From the NCBI GenBank assembly GCA_947626855.1, contig CANQTT010000001.1, positions 11,695 through 75,694 of the forward strand: a DNA stretch of 64,000 bases. The letters run 5' to 3'. Shown piece after piece: positions 30,210-40,603 of the stretch. The notes below the pieces were generated by a model. The model did not search any database. It was not told the origin of the DNA and was given only the letters and a program-made list of their open reading frames with translations. A program made the translations under genes and the position numbers. The first letter of the stretch is position 1; each line of letters starts with the position of its first letter. This stretch comes from an uncultured Bacilli bacterium. GTDB taxonomy: Bacteria > Bacillota_I > Bacilli_A > RF39 > UBA660.

Positions 30210-31174
30210 TTTTTCACCTCCATTAAATCAATTACTAGCTTGTCCATCAGCATCGTAGCATTTACGTTATATTTTATTTTTTCACTTAATTCTAAAATTC
30301 GTTCTATTTTTTGGGAAATAGATAAAATCGTATTTTCTTTGGCAATTTCCATAATAGAATTTTCATATTCCTTAAAGTAATCTATTTTTTTCCCTAACTG
30401 ATAATTTAAAACATCTTTATAATACAATATAAACCAATTAAATACAAGGTACAAAGAATTTTTGTCTGGAAATGTCTCTAAAAATGCTTTATTTTTATAA
30501 ATAATGGTTTGGTATCCTTTTTTTTCAAAATAATTCAAATATTCAACCATACATTCTATTTTTTGATCAGACTCTTCTGTTTGTAAAAAATTCTCAATAT
30601 CTTCTAGTGTGTGAAAAGAATAATAAGCTAGTCGTTTTTTTAAACTAAAATCTGAGTTAATGGTGTAATTTTCCTTTTTTAAAGATAATACCTGACATCT
30701 AGAAACAATAGTATTCATCACTTGATAAGCATTTTCTACTAACAAAATCGCAATAATTCCTGGTACCGGCTCTTCTAAAAATTTTAAAATAGAATTAGCA
30801 GAATACGTATTTAACTTATCAGCTCCATCAATAATATATATTTTTTGATTTCCAACTAAAGCTTTACGATTAAACTCCTGCTGTAACTCTTCTAATTGCT
30901 CTTTTTTAATCCATTGTCCATCTGGTTGAATAATCTTCAGTTCCAAAAAGTTTCCATCGTCTATGGTCTTACATTGATAACATTCTTTACAATTTAAGGC
31001 ATTTGTATAGTGATGGGGGCATAATAAATATTTTGCAAATGTCTTTGCAAAATCAAGCCCTTTTGAATAACCATTCAATTCAATGAGATAAGCATGGGTA
31101 ATTGTATTTTTTTGAATAGCATTTAATAGTGTTTTATAAACAATTGGTTGATCTATCTGAAAATCATCTAACAT
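30206..31174 (-). CDS. holB: DNA polymerase III delta' subunit
   Basis: AAA-like clamp-loader fold lacking an intact Walker A (HAYLIELNGYSKG). Zinc module CKECYQC. Conserved position. Confidence 0.75.
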   Translation of the reverse strand: MLDDFQIDQPIVYKTLLNAIQKNTITHAYLIELNGYSKGLDFAKTFAKYLLCPHHYTNALNCKECYQCKTIDDGNFLELKIIQPDGQWIKKEQLEELQQEFNRKALVGNQKIYIIDGADKLNTYSANSILKFLEEPVPGIIAILLVENAYQVMNTIVSRCQVLSLKKENYTINSDFSLKKRLAYYSFHTLEDIENFLQTEESDQKIECMVEYLNYFEKKGYQTIIYKNKAFLETFPDKNSLYLVFNWFILYYKDVLNYQLGKKIDYFKEYENSIMEIAKENTILSISQKIERILELSEKIKYNVNATMLMDKLVIDLMEVKK

Positions 31175-31188
31175 ACTACCCTCCTACA

Positions 31189-31383
31189 TCAATAAACATA
31201 TACCAATATTAGAACTAAAGCCAATAGGGCCGGAACACCTAAAATAGCGACAGAAGAAACCGTTATCACATTAATAGGAATCATTAAATTTAAAGGTTGT
31301 ACCAATAAATTATATCCATAAAGCAAAAAAGAACTAATAATGATTTTTCTAAGAATTTTTAATACTTTTTTCATACTTTTCAC
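31189..31383 (-). CDS. bofA: BofA-like small membrane protein (pro-sigma-K processing inhibitor family)
   Basis: 64 aa. C-terminal PINVITVSSVAILGVPALLALVL resembles B. subtilis BofA. Sits in the B. subtilis recR-yaaL-bofA position. Confidence 0.5.
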   Translation of the reverse strand: MKSMKKVLKILRKIIISSFLLYGYNLLVQPLNLMIPINVITVSSVAILGVPALLALVLILVYVY

Positions 31384-31418
31384 CTAGTAAAATGTATTCT
31401 TAGATTTTCTATTCAGAA

Positions 31419-32027
31419 CTAATCATCATTAGATATTTTTTTTCGATTTTCTAGAGCTAATTCCAATGTTAAAGAATCTACATAGTCCATATCCGCTCCT
31501 AAAGGAACTCCATGAGCAATTTTAGAAACAAGAACATTTGTATTAGATAATAATTTTGAAATATAAAGAGACGTTGTTTCCCCTTCAACACTAGGTTTCA
31601 AAGCTAAAATAACTTCTTCTATTTTTTCTTCTTTGATTCGATTAATTAATTTTGGAATGTGGATATCTTCTGGATTCACACCATCTAAAGGAGATATTAA
31701 GCCATCTATAACATGATAATAGCCATGAAAAGTACCTAATTTTTCAAATAAAAGAATATTTTTAGGATTTTCAACCACACATAAAATTTTAGGATCTCTC
31801 GTATTATCCTTACATACCTCGCATAAACTATCCTCTGCAAGGTTATTGCATCTTTCACATTTTTTTATTTTTGTTTTTACATCTCTTAAGGAATTAGAAA
31901 AGACTTCTAAGACTTCGTCATCAAAAGTAAGGGTTGATAGAGCTAAACGCTCAGCTGTCTTTTCCCCTATTCCCGGAAGTTTCTGAAAGCATTCCATTAA
32001 ATTTTGAATAGTTGCTGGATATTTCAT
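31419..32027 (-). CDS. recR: Recombination protein RecR
   Basis: HhH motif LPGIGEKTAERLA, C4 zinc finger CERCNN...CEVC, and Toprim domain. Confidence 0.9.
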   Translation of the reverse strand: MKYPATIQNLMECFQKLPGIGEKTAERLALSTLTFDDEVLEVFSNSLRDVKTKIKKCERCNNLAEDSLCEVCKDNTRDPKILCVVENPKNILLFEKLGTFHGYYHVIDGLISPLDGVNPEDIHIPKLINRIKEEKIEEVILALKPSVEGETTSLYISKLLSNTNVLVSKIAHGVPLGADMDYVDSLTLELALENRKKISNDD

Positions 32028-32323
32028 TAAAACAAACCTGGCATTCCTTTCGCATATACTCCCATTTTTTCTTCAATGACTTTATCAATTTGCTTTAAAG
32101 CATCATTCACAGCTACTGTAATCATATCTTGAAGCATTTCTATTTCTTCCTTATCCATGGATTCAGCATCGATCACTACCGCTTTTAATTCTTTTTTACC
32201 ACTCATAGTCACTGTAACAATAGAAGATTTACCAGTAAACTCCATCGCATCTATCTTTTTTTGTGTCTCCATCATATCCTTTTGTAATTTTTTTGCTTGT
32301 TGCATCATTGCCTGCATATTCAT
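32027..32323 (-). CDS. ebfC: Nucleoid-associated protein YbaB/EbfC
   Basis: 98 aa, MMQQAKKLQKDM start typical of YbaB. Between dnaX and recR. Confidence 0.85.
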   Translation of the reverse strand: MNMQAMMQQAKKLQKDMMETQKKIDAMEFTGKSSIVTVTMSGKKELKAVVIDAESMDKEEIEMLQDMITVAVNDALKQIDKVIEEKMGVYAKGMPGLF

Positions 32324-32343
32324 AATTTTTCCTTCTTTCTATT

Positions 32344-34083
32344 TTATCCATCATATTCTATCATATTTTCAAATAAATCATCAATGATATTTTTCTTAGT
32401 TGTAGGGTCTTTTTCAGATTCAAAAATTTTGTGGATATCTATCTTTTCCTCTTGATATTGATACTGATTTTTATTCTTATTATATTCATTTTTGATCGTA
32501 TTCCACTCTTCTTCATCAACAGCAATTAATTGATAATTTTCTTTAAATTGCTTTAGAAAAATTTTTTCTAAAGCCAACAACTCCATGTTAAAGGCCTCAG
32601 CTAAAAGATTAGTTTTATATACGAATATAATATTTTTATTACTAATCGCTTTTAATTCCCCATCGAATAGTAAAGAGATTAATTTACTATAGTCAGGATT
32701 CATTAATAAATCTTTCAAGCTTTCCATCTTTTCTTTAAATAGATTTCTATTTTTTTGAGAAACCGCTACTAAAGCATTATTAATTCTAATTTTTTTTAAT
32801 TCATTCAAATTTTGTAAAGCCTCTTCTGATAAACGGAATGTCAAATCAATGTTTCGTTTTTTTAAAGATGAAGGCTCTGAAACATTTTTTGGAGGTTCTT
32901 GAACATTTACTTTTGCTTGTTGTTCATTAGACTCTTGCTCGATATTTTCTTGCTTCACTTGAGTTTGGGAAATAATTTTATTTTCTACTATTGACTTTAT
33001 AGGAACAATTTCGTTTTCAGGTTCTTCCATCAATTTGATAAATTCTATTTCCAATAAAATTTTATTATTACTAGAATTCTTCATATTTCCCACTAACTCT
33101 GATAAAGAATGAATATAGTCATATAATTTTTTATTATTTACATTTATTTTAATCGTTTCATAATAGTCTACAGTCTCTGGAAAATAATTTGGGACATTGC
33201 AATACAAAATAATATTTTTTAATTCTTCAATAATTTCTTGTACGATTTTAACTAAATTTTTTCCTTGTTCCTCGTATTCCTCTATTTTTTGAAGCATCTC
33301 TACCATATTTTTATCAAAAACCAATTGAATAAACTGTTGTATTTCTTTTTTATTTATAGTTCCATTGATATCATGGATATCATTTAAAGTAATTTCATCA
33401 TTTGCATAGGATACTGCTTGATCCAACATACTAATAGAATCTCGTAAACCACCATCAGACAGAATAGCGATTTCCATTAATGCTTCTTCTGTGATTTTAA
33501 TATTTTCTACATCAGCGATATGTTTCAATCGGTCTACAATTTTATAATTACTAATCTTTTTAAAATCAAATTTTTGACATCTCGATAAAATCGTTCGTGG
33601 AATTTTATGAGGTTCTGTAGTAGCAAAAATAAAAATGATATGAGAAGGCGGTTCTTCCAAAGTTTTCAATAAAGCATTAAAGGCTTGATTTGTTAACATA
33701 TGTACTTCATCAATGATATATATTTTATATTTACTATTAGAAGGAACTAAACTAACTTTATTTCTTATTTCCCGAATTTCATCTACACCATTATTAGAAG
33801 CTGCATCAATTTCAATCACATCTATATTTTGATTATTATTAATTTGTTTACAAGAGATACATTCTTCACAAGGTTTTAAATTTGTTAAATTGGTACAATT
33901 TAGAATTTTTGCATATATCTTAGCAATGCTTGTTTTTCCCGTTCCACGAGGGCCAGTAAATAAGTATGCATGATTTACCATATTATTTTTAATGGCATTC
34001 GTAAGGGTTTTTATAATGACTTCTTGTCCTACAACATCTTCAAAATTTTTGGGGCGATATTTTCGATATAAAGCTTGATACAT
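32344..34083 (-). CDS. dnaX: DNA polymerase III subunits tau/gamma
   Basis: Walker A GPRGTGKTS, zinc module CTNLTNLKPCEECISC, and SRC arginine finger. Confidence 0.9.
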   Translation of the reverse strand: MYQALYRKYRPKNFEDVVGQEVIIKTLTNAIKNNMVNHAYLFTGPRGTGKTSIAKIYAKILNCTNLTNLKPCEECISCKQINNNQNIDVIEIDAASNNGVDEIREIRNKVSLVPSNSKYKIYIIDEVHMLTNQAFNALLKTLEEPPSHIIFIFATTEPHKIPRTILSRCQKFDFKKISNYKIVDRLKHIADVENIKITEEALMEIAILSDGGLRDSISMLDQAVSYANDEITLNDIHDINGTINKKEIQQFIQLVFDKNMVEMLQKIEEYEEQGKNLVKIVQEIIEELKNIILYCNVPNYFPETVDYYETIKINVNNKKLYDYIHSLSELVGNMKNSSNNKILLEIEFIKLMEEPENEIVPIKSIVENKIISQTQVKQENIEQESNEQQAKVNVQEPPKNVSEPSSLKKRNIDLTFRLSEEALQNLNELKKIRINNALVAVSQKNRNLFKEKMESLKDLLMNPDYSKLISLLFDGELKAISNKNIIFVYKTNLLAEAFNMELLALEKIFLKQFKENYQLIAVDEEEWNTIKNEYNKNKNQYQYQEEKIDIHKIFESEKDPTTKKNIIDDLFENMIEYDG

Positions 34084-34107
34084 TCTTCACCTTCTTTACT
34101 ACCATCA

Positions 34108-34581
34108 TTATACACTTTTTGATTTAGAAATTAAAGTTGAAGAGCGTTTCTTTTGAAAGAACTGCTGAAGCAGATCTAAACATTCTGGACAGTCAACTTT
34201 TTGAATTTCTACGATATGATTATTTTTGGAATTAGATAGTAGTTTATCTATACTCTCCACATAACCAAATTTCGCATTTGCGGCTGCATAAACAATCTTT
34301 TTAATTCTTGCCTGGAGAAGTGCTCCACAGCACATGAGACAAGGTTCTAACGTCACATATAAAGTACAATCATTGAGTCTCCAGTCTCCTATCTTTTTGC
34401 ATGCCTGTTCGATTGCTAAAATTTCAGCATGAGCAGTGGCACATTTATTATGTTCTTTTAGATTATGTGCACGAGCAATAATTTCATCATTACATACAAT
34501 TACTGCTCCTACCGGGATTTCTTCCATATCAAAAGACTTTTTTGCTTCTTTTAAAGCTTCTTCCATATATTTATTTTTCAT
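34108..34581 (-). CDS. tadA: tRNA-specific adenosine deaminase TadA
   Basis: Deaminase zinc motifs HAEILAI and PCLMCCGAL. Start set to the ATG behind RBS GGAGAG; the longer ORF-track extension would run through a parS palindrome. Confidence 0.8.
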   Translation of the reverse strand: MKNKYMEEALKEAKKSFDMEEIPVGAVIVCNDEIIARAHNLKEHNKCATAHAEILAIEQACKKIGDWRLNDCTLYVTLEPCLMCCGALLQARIKKIVYAAANAKFGYVESIDKLLSNSKNNHIVEIQKVDCPECLDLLQQFFQKKRSSTLISKSKSV

Positions 34582-34592
34582 AATACTCTCCA

Positions 34593-34610
34593 ATGTTTCA
34601 CGTGAAACAT
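34593..34610. other. parS: parS centromere-like site (ATGTTTCACGTGAAACAT, perfect 18-bp palindrome)
   Basis: Core TGTTTCACGTGAAACA matches the ParB/Spo0J consensus TGTTNCACGTGAAACA 16/16. Lies between the SRP RNA 3' end and the tadA RBS. Confidence 0.85.
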
Positions 34611-34611
34611 A

Positions 34612-34691
34612 CAAAAAAAGCACACACATTCATTGACTCTTAAGGATGCTACCTTCCGGTCCTGACCTGATTCGAGTTTAAATGTTGTGCT
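34612..34691 (-). ncRNA. ffs: Small (4.5S-type) signal recognition particle RNA
   Basis: Minus strand reads AGCACAACAUU...AAUCAGGUCAGGACCGGAAGGUAGCAUCC...AAUGUGUGUGCU+U7. It contains the near-universal domain IV sequence CAGGUCAGGNCCGGAAGGNAGCA with a GGAA tetraloop. The 5' and 3' ends pair (AGCAC/GUGCU, ACAUU/AAUGU) into a single long hairpin ending in a U-tract. Upstream TTGCAT-17-TATATT. Confidence 0.65.
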
Positions 34692-34736
34692 GATATATAA
34701 TATATCTTATTTTAGAAAAAAATGCAATAAACTTTT

Positions 34737-34754
34737 ATGTTTCACGTGGAACAT
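34737..34754. other. parS: parS site (ATGTTTCACGTGGAACAT; reverse complement is the B. subtilis consensus TGTTCCACGTGAAACA)
   Basis: 16/16 match to the canonical B. subtilis parS on the opposite strand. It directly abuts the predicted -35 of the SRP RNA promoter. Confidence 0.85.
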
Positions 34755-34771
34755 ATTTTTTTCTTTCTGAA

Positions 34772-34789
34772 ATGTTTCACGTGAAACAT
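34772..34789. other. parS: parS site (ATGTTTCACGTGAAACAT), embedded in a 27-bp extended palindrome, 18 nt past the gyrA stop
   Basis: Identical to the first site. Extended arms CTGAAATGTTTCACGTGAAACATTCAG. Centre is 35 bp from the neighbouring parS. Confidence 0.85.
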
Positions 34790-34806
34790 TCAGAAAAAGA
34801 GAATGA

Positions 34807-37428
34807 TTATGACTCACTCTCTTTATCAACAGTTTCAGTTATTAAATCTTCCTCTTGGGAAATATTTCCCTCTTCATTATTTCCCATATTAGTTTGGGAA
34901 ATATCTTCTTTTTTGAGAAGAGCAACTGTACTTACTTTTTGATTTTCTTTTAAATTAATTAATTTAACACCTTGAGCTACTCTACCTGTTGAACTAACTT
35001 GTTCTAATGGTAAACGAATGATCATTCCACTATCCGTAATAATCATTAAATCTTCGTTGCCTGTTACTAACTTGAAATCAACGATTGTACCATTCTTTTC
35101 GGTAATATTGAGTGCTTTAACACCTTTACTTCCACGATGAGTCATTCTATATTCTTCTATTTTCGTCTGTTTTCCATAACCATTTTCTGTAATAACGAGA
35201 ACAGATTCATTTTCCAAGGCTACTTCAATACCTACAGCAATACCATCGCCTACTTCGATACCTCGAACACCAGATGCGGTTCTTCCCATGATTCTTACTT
35301 CTGATTCTTTAAAACGAATCATTCGACCATTTGAACTTGCTATTAATATTTCATTTGTTCCATCGGTCTTCTTAACATCTAATAACTCATCATCCTCTTT
35401 TAAACTAATAGCGATTTTACCACTATTACGAATATTATCAAATTCACTAATATTGGTACGTTTAACTAATCCACTTCGAGTACAGAAGACTAAATACTTA
35501 TTTTTCTCTTCTCTTTCGATTTTCAACATCGATTTAACGACTTCTTCTTTTTCTAATGGTAGTAAATTGATAATTGGTAATCCTTTAGATTGTCTACTAA
35601 AGGCTGGTACCTCATATCCTTTCATACGATAAACTCTACCTTTATTCGTAAAGAATAACAAATAGTCATGGGTAGTTACAGAAACTAATTTTTCCACAAG
35701 GTCTTCTTCATTAGTTGTCATACCTTTAATACCTACTCCACCTCTATTTTGAGTCTTATAAGTATCACTAGTAATTCTCTTAATATATCCTTTATTGGTT
35801 AAAGTTACGATAATATCTTCTACTGGAATTAAAGATTCATCATCAATATAATCAATCGCAGTCATATCAATAGAAGTTCTTCTCTCATCAGAATACTTAT
35901 TCTTAATTTCTAACATTTCTTTCTTAATGATATCAAGAACTTTTTGTTCACTTGCTAAAATACTCTTTAATTCTTCAATCAATTTCAATAATTCATTTAA
36001 TTCTTCTTCTATTTTAGCACGCTCTAAACCAGTTAATCTCTTTAAACGCAACTCCAAAATACTATCAGCTTGAATTTGGCTTAAACCAAAACGACTCATT
36101 AAAGCATCTCTTGCTTCTTCATCCGTTTGAGATTCTCTAATAATCCGAATGACTTCATCAATATGATCTAAAGCAATCTTATAACCTTCCAAAATATGGA
36201 CACGATTTTCAGATTTTTTCAAATCAAATCTGGTTCTTCGAATAATTACTTCTTTTTGATGATCAATATACTTTGAAAGAATGGCTTTTAATGGTAAAGT
36301 TTTTGGAGTTAGACCATCTAACATTAAGAAAATAATTCCATAATTTGTTTGAAAAGCGGTGTGTTTATATAAATTGTTTAGAACAACTTGTGGATTTGCT
36401 TCTTTCTTAAGTGTGATGGTTATTTTTACCCCATCCTTCAAATCGGTGTGATAATCCGCAATTCCATCAATAATTTTATTATGAACAAGTTCAGCTACTT
36501 TATTTTTTAATTCCATGGTATTAATTCCATAAGGAACTTCTGTTACAACAATACAATTATGACCATTGATTTCTTCTATAGATGCTCTACTACGAATAGT
36601 AATTGTGCCACGACCTGTTTCATACGCTTGACGAATTCCAGAATTTCCTAAAATGATACCGCCTGTTGGAAAATCTGGTCCTTTAATATATTTCATCAAC
36701 TCTAATGTATCAATATCAGGATTATCAATATAGGCAATACATCCATCGATTACTTCTCCTAAATTGTGAGGAGGAATATTGGTTGCCATACCTACGGCAA
36801 TTCCCATTGTTCCATTTACTAATATGTTAGGAAATCTAGATGGTAAAACTTTTGGTTCTTTAACCGTTTCATCAAAGTTTGGATCAAAATCAACCGTATC
36901 CTTATTAATATCTCTCAATAATTCAAGGGAAATCTTGGATAATCTGGATTCTGTATAACGCATAGCTGCTGCTCCATCACCCTCGATATTACCAAAATTT
37001 CCATGTCCATCAATTAATAAATATCTTTGATTAAAATCTTGAGCCATACGAACCATGGCTTCATAAATGGAAGAATCTCCATGGGGATGATAATGTCCCA
37101 TTACATATCCAACCGTTGTTGCTGATTTTCGATGTGGTTTATCTGGAGTATATCCAGATTCATACATGGACCATAAAATTCTACGATGAACAGGTTTTAA
37201 TCCATCTCTTAAATCTGGTAAAGCACGAGAAGCAATAACACTCATAGAATATTCCAAAAAGGAAGTTTCTACCTCGTTAACGATGTTATTTTCAGCTAAT
37301 CGATCTCTTTCATGAAAATATCCACTAAAATGTGTATTATCTACTAAAGCAGAGTTCTCTTCCACTTCTTCATTTTCAAGATTTTCCTCCGTTGTTTGCT
37401 CTTCTTCTATATTTTTTTCTTCTTCCAT
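34807..37428 (-). CDS. gyrA: DNA gyrase subunit A
   Basis: Active-site region AAMRYTE (catalytic Tyr), QRDR-like segment, and C-terminal beta-pinwheel repeats. gyrB-gyrA adjacency. Confidence 0.95.
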   Translation of the reverse strand: MEEEKNIEEEQTTEENLENEEVEENSALVDNTHFSGYFHERDRLAENNIVNEVETSFLEYSMSVIASRALPDLRDGLKPVHRRILWSMYESGYTPDKPHRKSATTVGYVMGHYHPHGDSSIYEAMVRMAQDFNQRYLLIDGHGNFGNIEGDGAAAMRYTESRLSKISLELLRDINKDTVDFDPNFDETVKEPKVLPSRFPNILVNGTMGIAVGMATNIPPHNLGEVIDGCIAYIDNPDIDTLELMKYIKGPDFPTGGIILGNSGIRQAYETGRGTITIRSRASIEEINGHNCIVVTEVPYGINTMELKNKVAELVHNKIIDGIADYHTDLKDGVKITITLKKEANPQVVLNNLYKHTAFQTNYGIIFLMLDGLTPKTLPLKAILSKYIDHQKEVIIRRTRFDLKKSENRVHILEGYKIALDHIDEVIRIIRESQTDEEARDALMSRFGLSQIQADSILELRLKRLTGLERAKIEEELNELLKLIEELKSILASEQKVLDIIKKEMLEIKNKYSDERRTSIDMTAIDYIDDESLIPVEDIIVTLTNKGYIKRITSDTYKTQNRGGVGIKGMTTNEEDLVEKLVSVTTHDYLLFFTNKGRVYRMKGYEVPAFSRQSKGLPIINLLPLEKEEVVKSMLKIEREEKNKYLVFCTRSGLVKRTNISEFDNIRNSGKIAISLKEDDELLDVKKTDGTNEILIASSNGRMIRFKESEVRIMGRTASGVRGIEVGDGIAVGIEVALENESVLVITENGYGKQTKIEEYRMTHRGSKGVKALNITEKNGTIVDFKLVTGNEDLMIITDSGMIIRLPLEQVSSTGRVAQGVKLINLKENQKVSTVALLKKEDISQTNMGNNEEGNISQEEDLITETVDKESES

Positions 37429-37438
37429 ACTTCACCTC

Positions 37439-39358
37439 CTAAATATCTAGATTTTGAACATAACCAGCATTTTCTTCGATAAATTTTCGTCTTGGTTCTA
37501 CTTCATCGCCCATTAATTTTGCAAATACAGCATCGGCAGCCATACAATCTTCTACAGTAATCTTTCTTAAAATACGCTTTTCAATATCCATGGTTGTTTC
37601 ATTTAACTCCTCTGCGTCCATCTCGCCTAGACCTTTCATACGAGCAATTTCGGCCCTTGCACGGACATTTTCAGGAAGACTTTGTAAATATTTTTCTTTC
37701 TCTTCCTCATTTAAAACATACTTTCTAGTTTTTCCATGCATAATTCTAAATAAAGGAGGTTGAGCTGCATAAACATGTCCTTCTTCCACAATAGGTCTAA
37801 AGAAACGATAGAAAAGAGTAAGCAATAATACACGAATGTGAGAACCATCGACATCGGCATCGGTCATAATAATAATTTTATCGTATCTTAATTTTGAAAG
37901 ATTAAATTCTTCCCCTATTCCTGTTCCAAAAGCAGTGATAATGGTTCTAATCTCTTCATTTCCCAATGCTCGATCTAACCGATTTTTTTCCACATTCAAA
38001 ATTTTTCCTCGCAAAGGAAGAATAGCTTGCGTCATAGAGTCTCTACCTTTTTTAGCAGAACCTCCTGCGGAATCTCCCTCGACAATAAATATTTCTGATA
38101 CCTTTGGATCTTTACTTTTACAATCTGATAATTTTCCAAAGAAATTCGTCATCGCTAAATCACTTTTACGTGTGATTTCTCTTGCTTTCTTCGCCGCATT
38201 TCTAGCTCTACAAGCAAGCATTGATTTTTCAACAATTGCCCTAGCTTCATCTGGATTTTCAAGTAAAAATTTTTCAAAACCCTCAGAGAAAACATTATCC
38301 GCTAATTTTCTAACCTCTGAGTTTCCAAGTCTTCCTTTCGTTTGACCTTCAAATTGAGGATTTGGGTGCTTACAAGAAATAATCATAGTAAGACCTTCTT
38401 TAACATCATCACCCGTTAAAGATTCATCTTTCTCTTTCAACATTCCAGATTTTTTTGCATAGTTATTAATAACTCTTGTTAATGCTCTTCGAACTCCCTC
38501 TTCATGAGTACCACCATCATGGGTATTGATATTATTTACAAAGGAATAAATGTTATCATTATATCCGGTGTTATATTGCATTGCTACTTCAAAGAAAACG
38601 CCATCTTCTTCCCCTTCTAGATGAATAATATTTTCATGAATAGGTGTTTTTTCTTGATTAATAAATTTTACATATTCAGAAATACCACCTTCATAAATAA
38701 AGGTTTCTCCCGTTGTATCTTCTTCATTTCGATCATCCCGAAGAGTAATTCTTAAACCACGATTTAAGAATGCTAATTCGCGAATACGAACCATTAACGT
38801 ATTGTAATCATAGACATCCGTATCAAATATCTCAGGATCTGGCTTGAATGTCACAACAGTTCCAGTTCGGTTAGGATCACATTTATCAATTACGTGTAAT
38901 GGTTCTACCGTATGGCCTCCATTTTCAAAACGAATATAATGAACTTGTCCATTTTTATAGACTTTTACTTCTACCCATTTTGATAAGGCATTTACTACTG
39001 AAGCTCCTACACCATGAAGACCTCCAGATACCTTGTATCCGCCGCCTCCAAATTTACCACCAGCATGTAAAACTGTATAAACAGTCTCTACCGTTGATAT
39101 TTTTGTTTTAGGGTGGATATCAACAGGAATACCACGTCCATCGTCCTTTACCGTAATAGAATTTCCTTTATTAATAACAACCTCTATGTTATTACAATAC
39201 CCAGCAAGAGACTCATCAATCGCATTATCTACAATTTCCCATACTAAATGATGGAGACCTTTTACATCCGTTGTTCCAATATACATTCCTGGTCTTTTTC
39301 GTACAGCTTCCAATCCCTCTAAGACTTGGATATCGGAAGCATCATAATGTTCATTCAT
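37439..39358 (-). CDS. gyrB: DNA gyrase subunit B
   Basis: GHKL ATPase motifs (DNAIDE, GLHGVG), Toprim EGDSAGG, and [11 protein letters not shown]. Confidence 0.95.
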   Translation of the reverse strand: MNEHYDASDIQVLEGLEAVRKRPGMYIGTTDVKGLHHLVWEIVDNAIDESLAGYCNNIEVVINKGNSITVKDDGRGIPVDIHPKTKISTVETVYTVLHAGGKFGGGGYKVSGGLHGVGASVVNALSKWVEVKVYKNGQVHYIRFENGGHTVEPLHVIDKCDPNRTGTVVTFKPDPEIFDTDVYDYNTLMVRIRELAFLNRGLRITLRDDRNEEDTTGETFIYEGGISEYVKFINQEKTPIHENIIHLEGEEDGVFFEVAMQYNTGYNDNIYSFVNNINTHDGGTHEEGVRRALTRVINNYAKKSGMLKEKDESLTGDDVKEGLTMIISCKHPNPQFEGQTKGRLGNSEVRKLADNVFSEGFEKFLLENPDEARAIVEKSMLACRARNAAKKAREITRKSDLAMTNFFGKLSDCKSKDPKVSEIFIVEGDSAGGSAKKGRDSMTQAILPLRGKILNVEKNRLDRALGNEEIRTIITAFGTGIGEEFNLSKLRYDKIIIMTDADVDGSHIRVLLLTLFYRFFRPIVEEGHVYAAQPPLFRIMHGKTRKYVLNEEEKEKYLQSLPENVRARAEIARMKGLGEMDAEELNETTMDIEKRILRKITVEDCMAADAVFAKLMGDEVEPRRKFIEENAGYVQNLDI

Positions 39359-40481
39359 TTTCTTTCACCTCTTTGATTTTCATTAAATGTCCTGCTTCTA
39401 TTTTAAATAACTTAGATTTCTTAATAAATTTAGGATCTAAATTATTTAATTCTGTAGTAGTAATAATTGTTTGAATATCTTTACTAATATATTTCATTAA
39501 ATTATTTTTCTTATCATCCGATAATTCACTAAAAACATCATCCAATAATAAAATAGGTGTTCCCTCTTTATATTTTTTAAAAATAGGGATTTCCGCTAAT
39601 TTTAAAGCTAAAACAGCAACTCTTTGTTGCCCTTGAGAACCATACAATTTTAAATTCTTATCTGACAGTAAAAATTCTAAATCATCTTTATGAGGACCTA
39701 ACGTCGTCATAGATAACTTTTTATCATATTCTAACTTCTCTTGATATTGCTTTTGTAACTTTTCTTTTAAAGAAGGATCTTTCATGTCAGTAATCTCTAA
39801 ATTGGGAACATATTCAATATGAAACCCCTCTAATCCCATGATATCTTGATAGATTTGGGAACAAGTCTCATTAATTTTTTCAATATATTTGTAACGCATT
39901 TGATAGAGAATAATAGCTTTATCAATTAAATAGGAAGTTACGATATCAAAATAATTTTGATCAATAGATCCTCCCTTTGACCATTTTTTTAAATATTCAT
40001 TACGAATTCTTAACAATTTATTATAATCATTCATAACAATATAATAACTATTGTATAATTGGGATAATTCAACATTTAAGTATTTCCTTCTAAGCTGCGG
40101 AGATCCCTTTAATATTTCTAAATCATCGGGATAAAAAATGATTATATTCATATTTGATATATAATCACTTACTTTTTTAATAGGTGTATCATCAATTTTA
40201 TAATATTTATTATGATTATCGATTTGAATTTCCATTTTTTTATCTAAGAAGTTACCACCGACAATACCAGAAATACACAAGGCTTCTGATCCTTTCCGAA
40301 TTAAATTATTATCAATAAAAGCTCGATGAGACTTTGTTAAACCAAGCACATAAATACTTTCTAGTAAATTTGTTTTTCCTTGAGCATTATCCCCATAAAT
40401 GATATTAATTCCTTTATAGAAACGGGCCGATAATTTTTCATAATTACGAAAATTCCGTAATTCAATTTTTTTTAAAATCAT
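39351..40481 (-). CDS. recF: DNA replication and repair protein RecF
   Basis: Walker [13 protein letters not shown]-like signature and Walker B LLLDDV. Overlaps the gyrB start by 8 nt. Confidence 0.9.
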   Translation of the reverse strand: MILKKIELRNFRNYEKLSARFYKGINIIYGDNAQGKTNLLESIYVLGLTKSHRAFIDNNLIRKGSEALCISGIVGGNFLDKKMEIQIDNHNKYYKIDDTPIKKVSDYISNMNIIIFYPDDLEILKGSPQLRRKYLNVELSQLYNSYYIVMNDYNKLLRIRNEYLKKWSKGGSIDQNYFDIVTSYLIDKAIILYQMRYKYIEKINETCSQIYQDIMGLEGFHIEYVPNLEITDMKDPSLKEKLQKQYQEKLEYDKKLSMTTLGPHKDDLEFLLSDKNLKLYGSQGQQRVAVLALKLAEIPIFKKYKEGTPILLLDDVFSELSDDKKNNLMKYISKDIQTIITTTELNNLDPKFIKKSKLFKIEAGHLMKIKEVKENE

Positions 40482-40603
40482 GTGAATACCTCTTTTTGTG
40501 CTTTAATGGCTCATTTTAGACTAAAAAAATAAAACTAATACTCCTATACACATAAAATATTATATCATAATTAAAAAGCATAAAAAAGAAAAAAATAGAT
40601 TTT

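Noticed and set aside
34596-34629. N-terminal extension of the tadA ORF (MCVLFLYVSRETLESI...)
   Set aside because: The extension is the translation of a parS palindrome. A good RBS (GGAGAG) precedes the internal ATG at 34581, so the shorter CDS was chosen.
34767-34793. Extended palindrome after gyrA as a rho-independent terminator
   Set aside because: There is no U-tract on the gyrA (minus) strand after the hairpin, and the same 18-bp core recurs twice nearby with an exact parS consensus. Interpreted as ParB binding sites rather than terminators, though a dual role cannot be excluded.
37935-39474. Plus-strand ORFs of 136, 70 and 67 aa
   Set aside because: Antisense to gyrB and recF. Hydrophobic and low-complexity. 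Spurious.
40482-40603. Possible small RNA in the 122-nt recF to comK-like intergenic region
   Set aside because: It contains only an AT-rich palindromic terminator-like hairpin (AAAAATAGAT-TTTTT-ATCTATTTTT). No conserved RNA motif was recognised.
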